Shown here one piece after another: positions 1-11,434 of a stretch of 64,000 nt of DNA. Position 1 is the first letter of the stretch; each line of letters starts with the position of its first letter. Source of the stretch: Armatimonadota bacterium. Lineage in GTDB: Bacteria; Sysuimicrobiota; Sysuimicrobiia; Sysuimicrobiales; Sysuimicrobiaceae. The stretch covers positions 22,361 to 86,360 of the forward strand of contig JANXCW010000006.1 in the NCBI GenBank assembly GCA_025059775.1. The letters run 5' to 3'. The notes under the pieces are model-generated. The model was not told the DNA's origin. It was given only the letters and a program-made list of their open reading frames with translations, and made no database searches. Made by a program: the position numbers and the translations under genes.

Positions 1-1
1 G

Positions 2-2053
2 ACCCTGCAACTCCACGTAGAGGGTATGGACTGCGCGGAGTGCGTGCGAACCCTGGAGCAGGCTCTCGCCCAGCTCCCCGGCGTCCAGCAGGTGGAGGTC
101 CTGCCGGCCGCGGAGAAGGTGGTGATCCGCTTCGATCCCCTTCGGCTGAATGAGGCCGCCGTCCGCAGGGCCGTGGAGGAAGCCGGATACGTGTGCAAGA
201 CGCGGGAGGGGGAACCACGGGACGGGATCTCCCTCCCCATCCTCGCCGTGTTCGGAGCCCTGGTAGGCCTCGTCGTCGCCCTCGTGGTGGGGGAACTCTC
301 CGGGGTTTTCCAGATACTGGAACGCGGAATTCCCTGGCCCCTGTGGATCCTGGGGACCCTGGCCGCGGGATTTCCCGCCTTCCGGGCCGTGGTGCGGGCC
401 ACCCTGCGCCGCCGGATCACCGCCCACACCCTGATGACGGCAGGCGTGCTAGCCGCGGCCGCGGTGGGAGAGTGGGCCACCGGCTGCGTCCTCGCCCTGT
501 TCATGCGCATCGGGGAAGCGGTGGAGCGGTTCACCGTCCATCACGCTCGAACGGCCCTCCGGGCCCTGGTCCGGCTCCGGCCCCAGATGAGCCGGGTGGT
601 ACGGGCGGGCCAGGAGGTGGAGGTTCCCGTGGAGGAGGTCCGGCCGGGGGAGATCGTGGTGGTGCGGCCCGGGGAGCGGATTCCTGTGGACGGCGTGGTG
701 GTGGAGGGGCGTGCCACGGTGGACCAGAGCCCCCTCACCGGCGAGGCGGTACCGGTGGAGGTGGGGCCGGGGGATCGGGTGTTTGCAGCCACCATTGCCC
801 TGCTGGGAAGCCTGCGCATCCAAGCCACCCGGGTAGGCTCAGACACCACCTTCGGACGCATCCTCCACCTGGTGGAGGAGGCCGAAACCCACCGACCGGA
901 AGTCCAGCGGATCGCGGACCGCTTCAGCGCCTACTACCTGCCCGTGGTGGCCGCGGTAGGCCTGGGCACGTTGTTTCTGCGCCGGGACCCCCTGGCGATG
1001 GCCGCGGTATTCGCCGTGGCCTGCTCCTGTGCGTTTGCCCTCGCCACGCCCGTGGCCATCCTAGCGAGCATCGGGGCCGCCGCCCGGGGCGGCGTACTCA
1101 TCAAGGGCGGGCGCGCTCTGGAGGCCCTGGCCCGGGCAGACGTGCTCCTCCTGGACAAGACCGGAACGCTTACCCGGGGGCGCCCGCGTCTTACGGACGT
1201 CGTCCCGCTGAACGGGTGGGAGGAGGTCCAGGTGCTGGCGCTGGCCGCCAGCGCGGAGCACGATTCCGAGCACCCCCTGGCCCAGGCTATCCGACGGCTC
1301 GCGCGGGAGCGGGGGCTTCCGGTACGTGCTCCAGAGGAGTTCCAGGCTCTCCCGGGGATCGGCGTGCGGGCCCGGCTGGACGGGCACGAGGTCTCCGTGT
1401 GCAATCCCCGGGTGATCTGGCATCCGGAGCTCCACAGGGAGGTGCAGCGCCTCGCGGAAGAGGGAAAGACCGTCCTGTGCGTCCTGCGCGACGGAGAACC
1501 CCTAGGGCTTCTAGCGGCCTCGGACGAACTCCGGCCGGAGGTCCCCGAAGCTCTTGCGGAGTTGCGGAAGTTGGGGTTCTCCAGCATGGAGCTGCTGACC
1601 GGTGACCGACCAGAGGCCGCCGCGGCGGTGGCCCGATCCCTCGGCATTCCCTACCGGGCCGGACTCCTCCCGGAGGACAAGATCGCGGTGGTGCGGGACT
1701 ACCAGGCGCAGGGACATGTGGTGGTGATGGTTGGAGACGGGGTGAACGATGCCCCGGCCCTCGCGCAGGCGGATGTGGGGATCGCCATGGGGGGTGGGAC
1801 GGATGTGGCGCTGGAGGCCGGACACCTCGTCCTCCTACGGAGTGACTGGCGGCTGGTACCGGAGGCCATCCGAATGGCCCGCCGCACGGTTCGGGTCATT
1901 CGTACAAACATCGCCTTCACCACCCTCTACAACCTTCTGGGCCTCTCCCTGGCCGCCCTCGGCTACCTCCCGCCCATCCTCGCCGCCGCGGCCCAGGTCT
2001 TTCCGGATGTGGGCATCCTCCTCAACAGCGCGCGACTGCTGCGGTCCCGCTAG
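2..2053 (+). CDS. Heavy-metal translocating P1B-type ATPase, 5'-partial (gene starts before the window)
   Basis: N-terminal HMA motif GMDCAEC at the window edge. DKTGTLT phosphorylation site, [10 protein letters not shown] hinge, and a TM6 motif reading [11 protein letters not shown] (CSC in place of the usual CPC). The ORF frame is open to the window start. Confidence 0.85.
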   Translation, partial: TLQLHVEGMDCAECVRTLEQALAQLPGVQQVEVLPAAEKVVIRFDPLRLNEAAVRRAVEEAGYVCKTREGEPRDGISLPILAVFGALVGLVVALVVGELSGVFQILERGIPWPLWILGTLAAGFPAFRAVVRATLRRRITAHTLMTAGVLAAAAVGEWATGCVLALFMRIGEAVERFTVHHARTALRALVRLRPQMSRVVRAGQEVEVPVEEVRPGEIVVVRPGERIPVDGVVVEGRATVDQSPLTGEAVPVEVGPGDRVFAATIALLGSLRIQATRVGSDTTFGRILHLVEEAETHRPEVQRIADRFSAYYLPVVAAVGLGTLFLRRDPLAMAAVFAVACSCAFALATPVAILASIGAAARGGVLIKGGRALEALARADVLLLDKTGTLTRGRPRLTDVVPLNGWEEVQVLALAASAEHDSEHPLAQAIRRLARERGLPVRAPEEFQALPGIGVRARLDGHEVSVCNPRVIWHPELHREVQRLAEEGKTVLCVLRDGEPLGLLAASDELRPEVPEALAELRKLGFSSMELLTGDRPEAAAAVARSLGIPYRAGLLPEDKIAVVRDYQAQGHVVVMVGDGVNDAPALAQADVGIAMGGGTDVALEAGHLVLLRSDWRLVPEAIRMARRTVRVIRTNIAFTTLYNLLGLSLAALGYLPPILAAAAQVFPDVGILLNSARLLRSR

Positions 2054-2106
2054 CCCCTTGCCTGCAGAGTCTACGGATGTCAGGCTGACCACGGGACCTG
2101 CTATCC

Positions 2107-2133
2107 AGCACCGCCCCGCAGGGATGGGCGGTG
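2107..2133 (+). terminator. 9-bp perfect stem-loop (GCACCGCCC-n9-GGGCGGTGC) downstream of the ATPase gene
   Basis: Perfect inverted repeat seen in the sequence. No U-tract follows, so terminator function is uncertain. Confidence 0.25.
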
Positions 2134-2154
2134 CGGTATAAAGGGGGAGGCAGC

Positions 2155-3021
2155 ATGTGGGATTGGATCCGGCGTCCGAAATACGAGGCGAGTCCTCGTC
2201 GGGACATCCCCGCCGGCCTGTGGGTGAAGTGTCCCGGGTGCAACCGGCCCATCTATCGCAAGGAGCTGGAACGCAACTTGAAGGTGTGCACCCGCTGCGG
2301 CCACCACCACCGTATGAGCGCGCCGGAGCGTCTGCGGCTGCTGGTGGACGAAGGATCCTTCGTGGAGTGGGACGCGGGCCTAGGATCCGTAGACCCCCTG
2401 GGCTTCCCCGGATACGCGGACCGCTACGAGGAGGCGGCCCGCCGGACGGGCCGACGGGAGGCCGTGATCTGCGGAGAGGGGACCATTCAGGGAATACGCT
2501 CGGCCTTGGCGGTGATGGACTTCGACTTCCTGGGTGGCAGCATGGGATCCGCGGTGGGCGAGAAGATTGCCCGCACCTTCGAGCGAGCCACAGAGCGCGG
2601 GATTCCCGTGGTCACCTGCAGCGCCAGCGGTGGGGCCCGCATGCAGGAGGGGACTCTCTCCCTGGTGCAGATGGCGAAGACCTGTGCCGCGGTGGCACGC
2701 CTGCACGAGGCAGGCCTTCCCTTCGTCTCCATCCTCTGCGATCCCACCACGGGCGGGGTAGCGGCCTCCTTCGCCCTCCTCGGGGACGTGCACGTGGCGG
2801 AACCAGGGGCTCTCATCGGGTTCGCGGGCCAGCGGGTCATCGAGCAGACCATGCGCCAGAAGCTCCCGGAAGGGTTCCAGACCGCTGAGTTCCTGCTGCA
2901 GCACGGGATGGTGGACCTCATCGTACCCCGCCCCCAACTGAAGGAGACCGTGGCCCAGATCCTGCGGCTGCTGGGGTGCAGGGCGGAGGCAACCGCGGAT
3001 GAGCGTGCCCCCATCGGTTGA
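2155..3021 (+). CDS. accD: Acetyl-CoA carboxylase carboxyltransferase beta subunit
   Basis: N-terminal Zn-ribbon CPGCNRPIY...CTRCGHHHRM and a carboxyltransferase domain. GGGGGAGG RBS precedes the ATG at 2155. The ORF frame extends back to 2131. Confidence 0.9.
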   Translation: MWDWIRRPKYEASPRRDIPAGLWVKCPGCNRPIYRKELERNLKVCTRCGHHHRMSAPERLRLLVDEGSFVEWDAGLGSVDPLGFPGYADRYEEAARRTGRREAVICGEGTIQGIRSALAVMDFDFLGGSMGSAVGEKIARTFERATERGIPVVTCSASGGARMQEGTLSLVQMAKTCAAVARLHEAGLPFVSILCDPTTGGVAASFALLGDVHVAEPGALIGFAGQRVIEQTMRQKLPEGFQTAEFLLQHGMVDLIVPRPQLKETVAQILRLLGCRAEATADERAPIG

Positions 3022-3838
3022 GCCCCGCCCCTCTCCCTGGGAAATCGTGCAGCTGGCACGACATCCCCAGCGGCCCAAGCTGGACGACTACCTGGAGGCC
3101 CTGTTCACCGAGGTCACGGAGCTGCACGGAGACCGTCTCTTTGGAGACGACCCCGCCCTGTTCTGCGGCCTCGCCCGGTTCGAGGGGGAACCCGTGGTGG
3201 TGATCGGGCACCGCAAGGGTCGGCAGACCAAGGAGAACCTGGAGCGCCGCTGGGGGATGCCAAACCCTGAGGGTTTCCGCAAGGCGGTGCGGGTCATGCG
3301 CCTGGCGGAGAAGCGCAAGCTCCCGGTCCTCTCCTTCGTGGACACCCCCGCCGCCTATCCTGGCATCGAGGCGGAGGAACGGGGCCAGGCGGAGGCCATC
3401 GCCCGTGCCATCCTCACCATGGCCCGACTGCGCACCCCCATCGCGGTGGTGATCACGGGCGAGGGCGGGAGCGGAGGGGCCTTGGGCATCGCAGTGGGCG
3501 ATCGGATCCTCATGATGGCGTATTCCGTCTACTCCGTGATCCCACCGGAAGGGTGCGCCGCCATCCTCTGGCGGGACGCGGCGCGGAAGGAGGAAGCCGC
3601 GGACGCCTTGAAGCTCACCGCGTGGGATCTGCAGCAGCTCGGCGTGGTGGACGAGGTGATCCCGGAACCTCCAGGCGGCGCCCACGAGGATCTCCCCCGG
3701 ACCTTCGCCGCGGTCCGGGAGGCCCTCCGTCGCACCCTGCAGATCCTGCGGGCCACCCCCGTTGACGAGCTGCTGGCGAGAAGGTACGCGAAGTACCGGA
3801 GCCTGGGCCGGTTTGCGGAGGAGACGGATGAACCGTGA
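2999..3838 (+). CDS. accA: Acetyl-CoA carboxylase carboxyltransferase alpha subunit
   Basis: Translation resembles AccA (RHPQRPKLDDYLEALFTEVTELHGDRLFGDD, VVVIGHRKG). Start overlaps the accD 3' end. Confidence 0.9.
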   Translation: MSVPPSVEPRPSPWEIVQLARHPQRPKLDDYLEALFTEVTELHGDRLFGDDPALFCGLARFEGEPVVVIGHRKGRQTKENLERRWGMPNPEGFRKAVRVMRLAEKRKLPVLSFVDTPAAYPGIEAEERGQAEAIARAILTMARLRTPIAVVITGEGGSGGALGIAVGDRILMMAYSVYSVIPPEGCAAILWRDAARKEEAADALKLTAWDLQQLGVVDEVIPEPPGGAHEDLPRTFAAVREALRRTLQILRATPVDELLARRYAKYRSLGRFAEETDEP

Positions 3839-4289
3839 GGATGCCCTGAACGTGGAGGAGATCCGGGAGCTCGTGCGCATCGTGAGCGAAGCGGACATCG
3901 CGGAGCTGGAGATCGAGACGGGCAGCCTGCGGGTGGCCATCCGCAAGGGCCGCGGGAACAGCGCTCCCCCTCCGCCTCCCACCGTCTCCTCCCAGACCCA
4001 CTCCCCCGCGGAGACCACGCCCGAACTTCCGACCCCGAGGTGGATCCCCGTCACGGCCCCCATGGTGGGCACCTTCTACCGGGCGCCGGCCCCGGACGCC
4101 CCGCCCTTCGTGAATGAGGGGGACCGGGTGACCGCGGGCCAGACGGTGTGCCTCATCGAGGCCATGAAGATGTTCAACGAGATCCCCGCGGAGGTAGCAG
4201 GCCGGGTGATGCGCATCCTCGTGGAGAACGGTACCCCCGTGGAGTATGGGCAGCCCCTCATGCTCATCGAACCTGAGACCGAAACCTGA
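3828..4289 (+). CDS. accB: Biotin carboxyl carrier protein
   Basis: C-terminal biotinyl domain with the EAMKMFNEI biotin-lysine motif. Pro/Ala-rich linker. ATG at 3828 overlaps the accA 3' end. Confidence 0.85.
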   Translation: MNREDALNVEEIRELVRIVSEADIAELEIETGSLRVAIRKGRGNSAPPPPPTVSSQTHSPAETTPELPTPRWIPVTAPMVGTFYRAPAPDAPPFVNEGDRVTAGQTVCLIEAMKMFNEIPAEVAGRVMRILVENGTPVEYGQPLMLIEPETET

Positions 4290-4315
4290 ACGGGTCCGCG
4301 AACGGAGGAGTCCCC

Positions 4316-5674
<1,359 letters not shown>

Positions 5675-5704
5675 GGGCCGGTGGACGGGGAAGGAGGCGG
5701 GGAC

Positions 5705-6703
5705 ATGGAGCGGGTCGAGGAACGGGTGGCTCTGGAGCGGATGCTGGACTGGTACCGCCGGATGGTGTTCGTACGGCGGTTCGAGGAGCAGACGGAACGC
5801 AGCTTCCGGCGGGGGAGGATCGGTGGCTACCTTCATGTGTACATCGGTCAGGAGGCGGTGGCCACGGGGTTTCTGGACGCCATCCGGGAGGACGACATCT
5901 TCTTCGCCAGCTACCGAGACCACGCCCATGCCCTCCTGCGGGGAACGGACCCCCGGGCCGTGATGGCGGAGCTCTACGGCAAGGTCACGGGGGTGGCGAA
6001 GGGGAAGGGCGGCTCCATGCATCTCGTGGACGTCCCGCGGGGCTTCTACGGCGGCTACGGGATCGTAGGAGGCCACCTGCCGCTTGCGGTGGGCGCCGCC
6101 TATGCCCTCCGCTACCAGGGGACGGACCGGGTCTGCCTGTGCTTTTTCGGGGATGGGGCCATGAACTCCGGCGCCTTCCATGAGGCCGCGAACCTAGCGG
6201 GACTGTGGGGCAAGGAAGGGATGTGTCCCGTGGTCTTCGTGGTCGAGAACAACCAGTACGGCATGGGCACCTCCGTGGATCGAGCCTCCGCGGTGCCGGA
6301 CCTCGCCCGGCGTTTCGACGCCTACGCCATCCCCAACGAACGGTGCGACGGCATGGACGTGGTGGTGGTGTACGAGGTGGCCCGACGGGTGGTGGAGGAG
6401 GTACGGCGCACCGGACGCCCGTACGCGGTGGAGGCTGTGACCTACCGGTTCAGCGGTCACGGGGCCGCGGATCTTTTCCAGAGCTACCGCACCAAGGAGG
6501 AGGTGGAGCGCTGGCGGCAGCGGGATCCCCTCCTCCTGCTGGAGCGACGGCTGCGGGAACGCGGCGCCCTGGACGACGCCATGAAGGCGGAGATCTACGC
6601 GTGGGCGGAGGAGCTGGTGGAGGACGCCGTGGCCTTTGCGGAGCAAAGCCCGGAACCTCCGCCGGAGGAGTTGTACACCGACGTGTACGGAGCGGACCCG
6701 TGA
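5705..6703 (+). CDS. pdhA: 2-oxoacid (pyruvate/acetoin) dehydrogenase E1 component alpha subunit, TPP-binding
   Basis: E1-alpha-like sequence (YRDHAHALLRGTDPRAVMAELYGK, GDGAMNSGAFHEAANLA). AAGGAGG RBS before the ATG at 5705. Confidence 0.85.
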   Translation: MERVEERVALERMLDWYRRMVFVRRFEEQTERSFRRGRIGGYLHVYIGQEAVATGFLDAIREDDIFFASYRDHAHALLRGTDPRAVMAELYGKVTGVAKGKGGSMHLVDVPRGFYGGYGIVGGHLPLAVGAAYALRYQGTDRVCLCFFGDGAMNSGAFHEAANLAGLWGKEGMCPVVFVVENNQYGMGTSVDRASAVPDLARRFDAYAIPNERCDGMDVVVVYEVARRVVEEVRRTGRPYAVEAVTYRFSGHGAADLFQSYRTKEEVERWRQRDPLLLLERRLRERGALDDAMKAEIYAWAEELVEDAVAFAEQSPEPPPEELYTDVYGADP

Positions 6704-6708
6704 CGGAG

Positions 6709-7674
6709 ATGACCTACCGGGAGGCCATCCGGTCCACCCTCATCGAGGAGATGGATCGCGATCCCGCGGTGCTGGTGCTGGGGGAGGATATCGGGGTCTA
6801 CGGGGGCACCTTCCGGATCACGGAGGGCCTTTTGAGCCGGTACGGCCCCCGCCGGGTGATGGACACGCCCATCAGCGAACTGGGATTCATCGGGGCCGCC
6901 ATTGGCATGGCCATGCTGGGCCTGCGACCCGTGGTGGAGGTGATGACCTGGAACTTCAGCCTCCCCGCCGCAGACCAGATCCTCCAGAACGCGGCGAAGG
7001 TCCGGTACTTCTCCGGTGGACAGCTACGGGCGCCGGTGGTGATCCGGGGGCCCAACGGGGCTGGGGTGCAGCTTTCGGCCCAGCACTCCCAGTCCTTCGA
7101 GTCCTTCTACGGCCACTTCCCGGGGCTGAAGGTGGTGACCCCGGCCACGCCCGCGGATGCCAAGGGCCTGCTACGGGCTGCCATCCGGGGAGAGGATCCG
7201 GTGATCTTCCTGGAGCACGCGGCCCTCTACGGCATCCGGGGGGAAGTCCCCGAGGGGGACTACACGGTGCCCTTCGGGAAGGCCTCGGTGGTGCGGCCCG
7301 GGCACCACGTGACCGTGGTGAGCTACAGCCGCATGCTGCACCTGGCGCTCTCGGCCGCCGAACGGCTAAGCCGGGAGGGAATCGAGTGCGAGGTGATTGA
7401 CCTCCGTTCCCTCCGACCCCTGGACATGGACACCGTGGCGGCCTCCGTACGCAAAACCCACCGAGCGGTTGTGGTGCAGGAACAATGGCGGCTCTATGGG
7501 GCCGCGGCAGAGATCTCCGCGCAGATCTACGAGCGGTGCTTCGACGACCTGGATGCCCCCGTAGAGCGGGTCACGGGCGAGGACGTCCCCGCACCGTACG
7601 CCCGAAACCTGGAGCTTTTGACGTTCCCCGACGAGCAGAAGATCATGGAAGCGGTGCGGCAGGTCACCGTCTGA
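6709..7674 (+). CDS. pdhB: 2-oxoacid dehydrogenase E1 component beta subunit
   Basis: Transketolase-like E1-beta sequence (MTYREAIRSTLIEEMDRDPAVLVLGEDIGVYGGTFRIT). Start lies 6 nt after the E1-alpha stop. Confidence 0.85.
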   Translation: MTYREAIRSTLIEEMDRDPAVLVLGEDIGVYGGTFRITEGLLSRYGPRRVMDTPISELGFIGAAIGMAMLGLRPVVEVMTWNFSLPAADQILQNAAKVRYFSGGQLRAPVVIRGPNGAGVQLSAQHSQSFESFYGHFPGLKVVTPATPADAKGLLRAAIRGEDPVIFLEHAALYGIRGEVPEGDYTVPFGKASVVRPGHHVTVVSYSRMLHLALSAAERLSREGIECEVIDLRSLRPLDMDTVAASVRKTHRAVVVQEQWRLYGAAAEISAQIYERCFDDLDAPVERVTGEDVPAPYARNLELLTFPDEQKIMEAVRQVTV

Positions 7675-7683
7675 GGAGCGGAG

Positions 7684-8862
7684 ATGGCGGAAGTCATCAT
7701 GCCGAAGATGGGCGACGCCATGGTCACGGGGAAGATCCTGGCCTGGCGCAAGAGGCACGGCGAACGGGTGGAGAAGGGGGAGCCGCTGCTGGAGATCGAG
7801 ACGGACAAGGTGAACGTGGAGGTGGAGGCGGAAAGCAGCGGGGTGCTTCACATCCTGGCCCGGGAAGGGGAGGTGGTCCCCGTGGGCCAGGTGATCGCCT
7901 ACATCAACGGAACTGAGACCGTAGCGCCCCCACAGCCGCCCACGGAGGCACGGCCTCCCGCTCCCGAGGCGAAGGCCGTGGAAGCCGCGGAGGCGGAACG
8001 GGTGAAGGCTTCCCCTCTTGCCCGGAGGCTCGCGGCCCAATATGGCATCGACCTCACGAAGGTCCGCGGAACGGGCCCCGGTGGACGTATCGTGGAGCGG
8101 GACATCCAGACCTACCTGGCCCAGCTCCGGCCCCCACAGGCTCCCCCAAGTCCCACGGCTCCACCCGGGGCGGAGTACGAGGATCTGGAGTTGCCGCGGA
8201 TGCGGCAGGCGATTGCCCGCACCGTGGTTCTCAGCAAGCAGACCATTCCCCACTTCTACGTGACCGCGGAGGCGGACCTCTCCCGGGCCTTGGAGCTGCG
8301 CCGACAGCTGGAGGAGGCCCTGGGAGAGGACGGCCGGGTCACCGTGAACGACCTGGTCCTCAAGGCCACGGTCCTCGCCCTGCGCAGGCATCCGGAACTC
8401 CGGAGCCAGATCCTGGACGACCGCACCCTCCGACGGTTCTCCAGCGTCCACCTGGGCATTCTCGTGGCGACACCGGACGGACTCGTAAACCCCGTGCTGC
8501 GGGACGCGGATGGGCTGACTCTCCTGCAGCTGGCCCGGGAGGCCCGACGGCTCATCGAAGGAGCCCGGGGCGGGCGTCTGCGGCAGGAGGAGTACACGGG
8601 CGCGGTGTTCTCCGTAAGTAACCTGGGCATGTACGACGTGGTCAACTTTGCGGCCATTATCCCCCCCCACCAGGCCGGGATCCTGGCGGTGGGGCGAGCC
8701 CAGGAGCGACCCGTGGTCCGTGAGGGGCGGGTGGAGGTGCGGCCCGTGGTCTCCTTAACCGTCTCCGTGGACCACCGGATCACGGACGGGGTCGGGGCCG
8801 CGGAGTTCCTGATGGACCTCAAGCACCTGCTGGAGCACCCCCTCCTCCTCCTGGCGGAGTAG
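7684..8862 (+). CDS. Dihydrolipoyllysine-residue acyltransferase E2 component
   Basis: Single lipoyl domain (ETDKVNVEVEAESSG), a peripheral subunit-binding domain (SPLARRLAAQYGIDLTKVRGTGPGGRI), and a catalytic domain with DHRITDG. No E3 gene follows. Confidence 0.85.
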   Translation: MAEVIMPKMGDAMVTGKILAWRKRHGERVEKGEPLLEIETDKVNVEVEAESSGVLHILAREGEVVPVGQVIAYINGTETVAPPQPPTEARPPAPEAKAVEAAEAERVKASPLARRLAAQYGIDLTKVRGTGPGGRIVERDIQTYLAQLRPPQAPPSPTAPPGAEYEDLELPRMRQAIARTVVLSKQTIPHFYVTAEADLSRALELRRQLEEALGEDGRVTVNDLVLKATVLALRRHPELRSQILDDRTLRRFSSVHLGILVATPDGLVNPVLRDADGLTLLQLAREARRLIEGARGGRLRQEEYTGAVFSVSNLGMYDVVNFAAIIPPHQAGILAVGRAQERPVVREGRVEVRPVVSLTVSVDHRITDGVGAAEFLMDLKHLLEHPLLLLAE

Positions 8863-9412
8863 GCTTCAGCTCCTGAAGGGTCCGCTCGTATACCCCCAGG
8901 TCCCTCTCGCTCCACAGGACCATGCGTACCAGATCAAACCTCCCTGGGTTTTGCTCCAGGAACGCCAGGATGGTGCGCAGGGCCACCCGGGCCGCCCGCT
9001 CGATGGGGAACCCATACGCCCCTGTGCTGATGGAGGGGAAGGCCACGGCGCGCAGGCCCCGATCCAGTGCCAGCTGTAGGCTGTTGCGGTACGCCCGGGC
9101 GAGGGTCTCGTCCTCCCCGGCCCCCCCACCCTGCCACACGGGTCCCACCGTGTGGATCACGAACCTGGCGGGGAGGTTCCCGCCCGTGGTGATCACCGCC
9201 TCCCCCGGCGGGAGGCGGTGGCCGGGAAGGCTCTGTGCAATGCGCCTGCACTCCTCCAAGATGGCGGGACCGCCCGCCCGGTGGATGGCGCCGTCCACCC
9301 CGCCCCCACCCATGAGGGTGGGGTTGGCCGCGTTCACGATGGCGTCCACCGTCTGCTGGGTGATATCGCCCTGCACCAGTTCCACCCGGGTTCCGCCCAC
9401 CACGATCTCCAT
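8819..9412 (-). CDS. Macro-domain protein (O-acetyl-ADP-ribose deacetylase-like)
   Basis: Macro-domain signatures VNAANPTLMGGGGVDGAIHRAGG and FPSISTGAYGFP. ATG at 9412 with GGGGGGAGG RBS. Confidence 0.8.
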   Translation of the reverse strand: MEIVVGGTRVELVQGDITQQTVDAIVNAANPTLMGGGGVDGAIHRAGGPAILEECRRIAQSLPGHRLPPGEAVITTGGNLPARFVIHTVGPVWQGGGAGEDETLARAYRNSLQLALDRGLRAVAFPSISTGAYGFPIERAARVALRTILAFLEQNPGRFDLVRMVLWSERDLGVYERTLQELKPTPPGGGGGAPAGA

Positions 9413-9427
9413 ACACACCTCCCCCCG

Positions 9428-10366
9428 TCACTCCGCCTTCTGAAGTGCCACGTACGCGGCGCCGAGCAGGCCCGCACCTTCCCCCAGGGCCGCGGCCAGG
9501 ATGCGGGCAGCCCGGAAGGGTGCCTCGAACGCTGCTTCCCGCGCCGCCCGCACGAGGGGACCCTCCACTAGGTCCCAGGATCGCGCCACCCCGCCACCAA
9601 TGACCACCACCTCCGGATTCAGGAGGTTCAGCATGCTCCCCACCGCGAGCCCCATCATCCAACTGGCCCGTTCCAGCACCCGCCGCGCCAGCGGATCCCC
9701 TCCCCGCGCCGCCTCCGCGACCTCCCGCGCGGTGATCTCCTCCACCGCTGCCAGTCCGCTGGGCTCTCCCCGGGCGAGGGCTTCCCGCGCCGCGCGGGCG
9801 ATGGCCCGTCCTCCCGCGATCCCCTCCAGATGCCCCCGCCGGCCACAGGGGCAGAGGGGGCCCAGGGGATCCACGGTGACGTGTCCGATCTCGCCCGCGG
9901 TGTCCGAGGCACCCCGATAGATGCGGCCGTCTACGATCAGTCCCCCGCCGATCCCCGTGCTCCACGTGATGTACAACACGTGCCGGGCTCCCCGGGCTGC
10001 CCCCCGCCACCACTCCCCCACCGCCGCGGCGTTCGCGTCGTTCTCGAGGGTCACCGCAAGCCCCAGCCGCTCCTCCAGAAGGGCTCGCAGGGGAACCTCC
10101 TGCCAGCCCGGGAGGTTGGGCGGGGCGTGCACGATCCCTTCCGTCACGCTCAGGGGCCCCGGAACTCCCACCCCCATGCGTCGCGGCATCTCCCGCGTCC
10201 GGGGGCGGAGCTCCTCCACAAGCCGCGCGATGGCCTCCACCACGGCCTTCGGACCTTCCTGGGGCGTGCGCACCCGCAGGGTGGCCACCAGCTCCCCCGT
10301 GGAGTCCACGAGACCCACCCGGAGGTTTGTGGCCCCCAGATCCACCGTCCAGATCCACTCCTCCAC
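9428..10366 (-). CDS. ROK-family glucokinase / sugar kinase
   Basis: ROK motifs (VDLGATNLRVGLVD, CPCGRRGHLEGIAGGRAIA). GTG start at about 10366 with GGAGGAGG RBS. The longer ORF upstream is shadow reading. Confidence 0.8.
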   Translation of the reverse strand: MEEWIWTVDLGATNLRVGLVDSTGELVATLRVRTPQEGPKAVVEAIARLVEELRPRTREMPRRMGVGVPGPLSVTEGIVHAPPNLPGWQEVPLRALLEERLGLAVTLENDANAAAVGEWWRGAARGARHVLYITWSTGIGGGLIVDGRIYRGASDTAGEIGHVTVDPLGPLCPCGRRGHLEGIAGGRAIARAAREALARGEPSGLAAVEEITAREVAEAARGGDPLARRVLERASWMMGLAVGSMLNLLNPEVVVIGGGVARSWDLVEGPLVRAAREAAFEAPFRAARILAAALGEGAGLLGAAYVALQKAE

Positions 10367-10478
10367 GCGGTTCCTCCTCCACGCCAAGCCTACCGTAACT
10401 CCCGTCCGGGTGCGGAAGGAGTTCTCGACCCCTGCATGCAATCCTCTCTGGTGGGATCCCGAACAGGGGAGGGAGGGT

Positions 10479-11354
10479 ATGACCGCCGTGGGCGTGTACG
10501 GGACTGCGATCCTCCTCGTGGCCATCTGGCTGCTGTGGAGCTCCGTAAAGATCGTGCGGGAGTACCAGCGGCTGGTGGTGTTCCGGCTGGGCCGGAGCAT
10601 CGGCCGCCGGGGCCCGGGAGTGGTGTTCCTCATTCCCTTCGTGGACCGGGCTATGTGGGTGGATCTCCGGGAGGCATTCCTGGAGATCCCCTCCCAGACC
10701 TGCATCACCAAGGACAACGCGCCCATTAACATCGACTTCCTCATCTACTGGAAGGTGGTGGATCCGGAATCCTCCGTGATCCAGGTACAGGACTTCGCGG
10801 GTGCCGCCCGAGGCATCGCCACCACCACCCTGCGGGCCGTGATCGGGGACATCCTCCTGGACGATGTGCTGGCCCGGCGGGAGCAGATTAACCAGGTGCT
10901 GCGGGCCAAGCTGGATGAGGTAACCGAGCGGTGGGGGGTGAAGGTGACCGCGGTGGAGATCCGGGAGATCCTCCCGCCCCGGGAGGTCCAGGAGGCCATG
11001 ACCCGCCAGATGAGCGCGGAGCGGAACCGCCGGGCCGTGGTTACGGAGGCGGACGGCAAGCGGGAGGCGGCCATCAAGGTGGCGGAGGGCGAAAAGCAGG
11101 CGGCCATCCTGCGGGCGGAGGGCGATCGGCAGGCAGCTATCCTGCGGGCGGAGGGATTCGCGCTCGCGTTGGACAAGATCTTCAGTGTGGCTCGCAACGT
11201 GGATGCCAACACCATGGCCCTCCAGTACCTGGAGACCCTAAAGGCCCTGGGCGCTAGTCCCGCTACCAAGTTCGTCTTTCCGCTGGAGTTCACGCGTCTG
11301 GTGGCGCCCTTTGCAGACCTAGCTCGAGGATCTGACGCTAGCCGGCAGGGATGA
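10479..11354 (+). CDS. SPFH/band-7 (stomatin/prohibitin-like) membrane protein
   Basis: N-terminal TM helix followed by a band-7 domain (VVFRLGRSIGRRGPGVVFLIPFVDR...) and an EA-repeat coiled coil. Confidence 0.85.
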   Translation: MTAVGVYGTAILLVAIWLLWSSVKIVREYQRLVVFRLGRSIGRRGPGVVFLIPFVDRAMWVDLREAFLEIPSQTCITKDNAPINIDFLIYWKVVDPESSVIQVQDFAGAARGIATTTLRAVIGDILLDDVLARREQINQVLRAKLDEVTERWGVKVTAVEIREILPPREVQEAMTRQMSAERNRRAVVTEADGKREAAIKVAEGEKQAAILRAEGDRQAAILRAEGFALALDKIFSVARNVDANTMALQYLETLKALGASPATKFVFPLEFTRLVAPFADLARGSDASRQG

Positions 11355-11434
11355 TCCAGATCGAGGCGGAACCAGCGACTTCCCCAACTCCGTAGCGTAG
11401 GTCAGGAGACGTGTCCAGTCGGAGGTGATTGGAG

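Noticed and set aside
193-1605. Long alternative-frame ORFs overlapping the annotated genes throughout the window. Examples: 193..1605, 934..1647, 2918..4072, 4076..5581, 8934..10382, 12964..15159, 15785..16591, 16658..17731, 18968..20131, 21044..22063, 21504..22952, 23234..24310, 24544..25707, 25525..26805, 28995..30010, 30101..30898, 46188..47780, 46690..48489, 48615..50798.
   Set aside because: Their translations are Gly/Arg/Pro/Ala-rich low-complexity strings with no recognisable domains. This is the typical pattern of shadow ORFs in about 70% GC DNA lying opposite or offset to genes with clear homology and operon structure.
8819-8862. 44-nt convergent overlap between the E2 acyltransferase 3' end and the macro-domain gene 3' end
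   Set aside because: Probably real but uninformative. The macro-domain C-terminal tail is low-complexity (PPGGGGGAPAGA) and could also reflect a mis-assigned stop. Not flagged as a finding.
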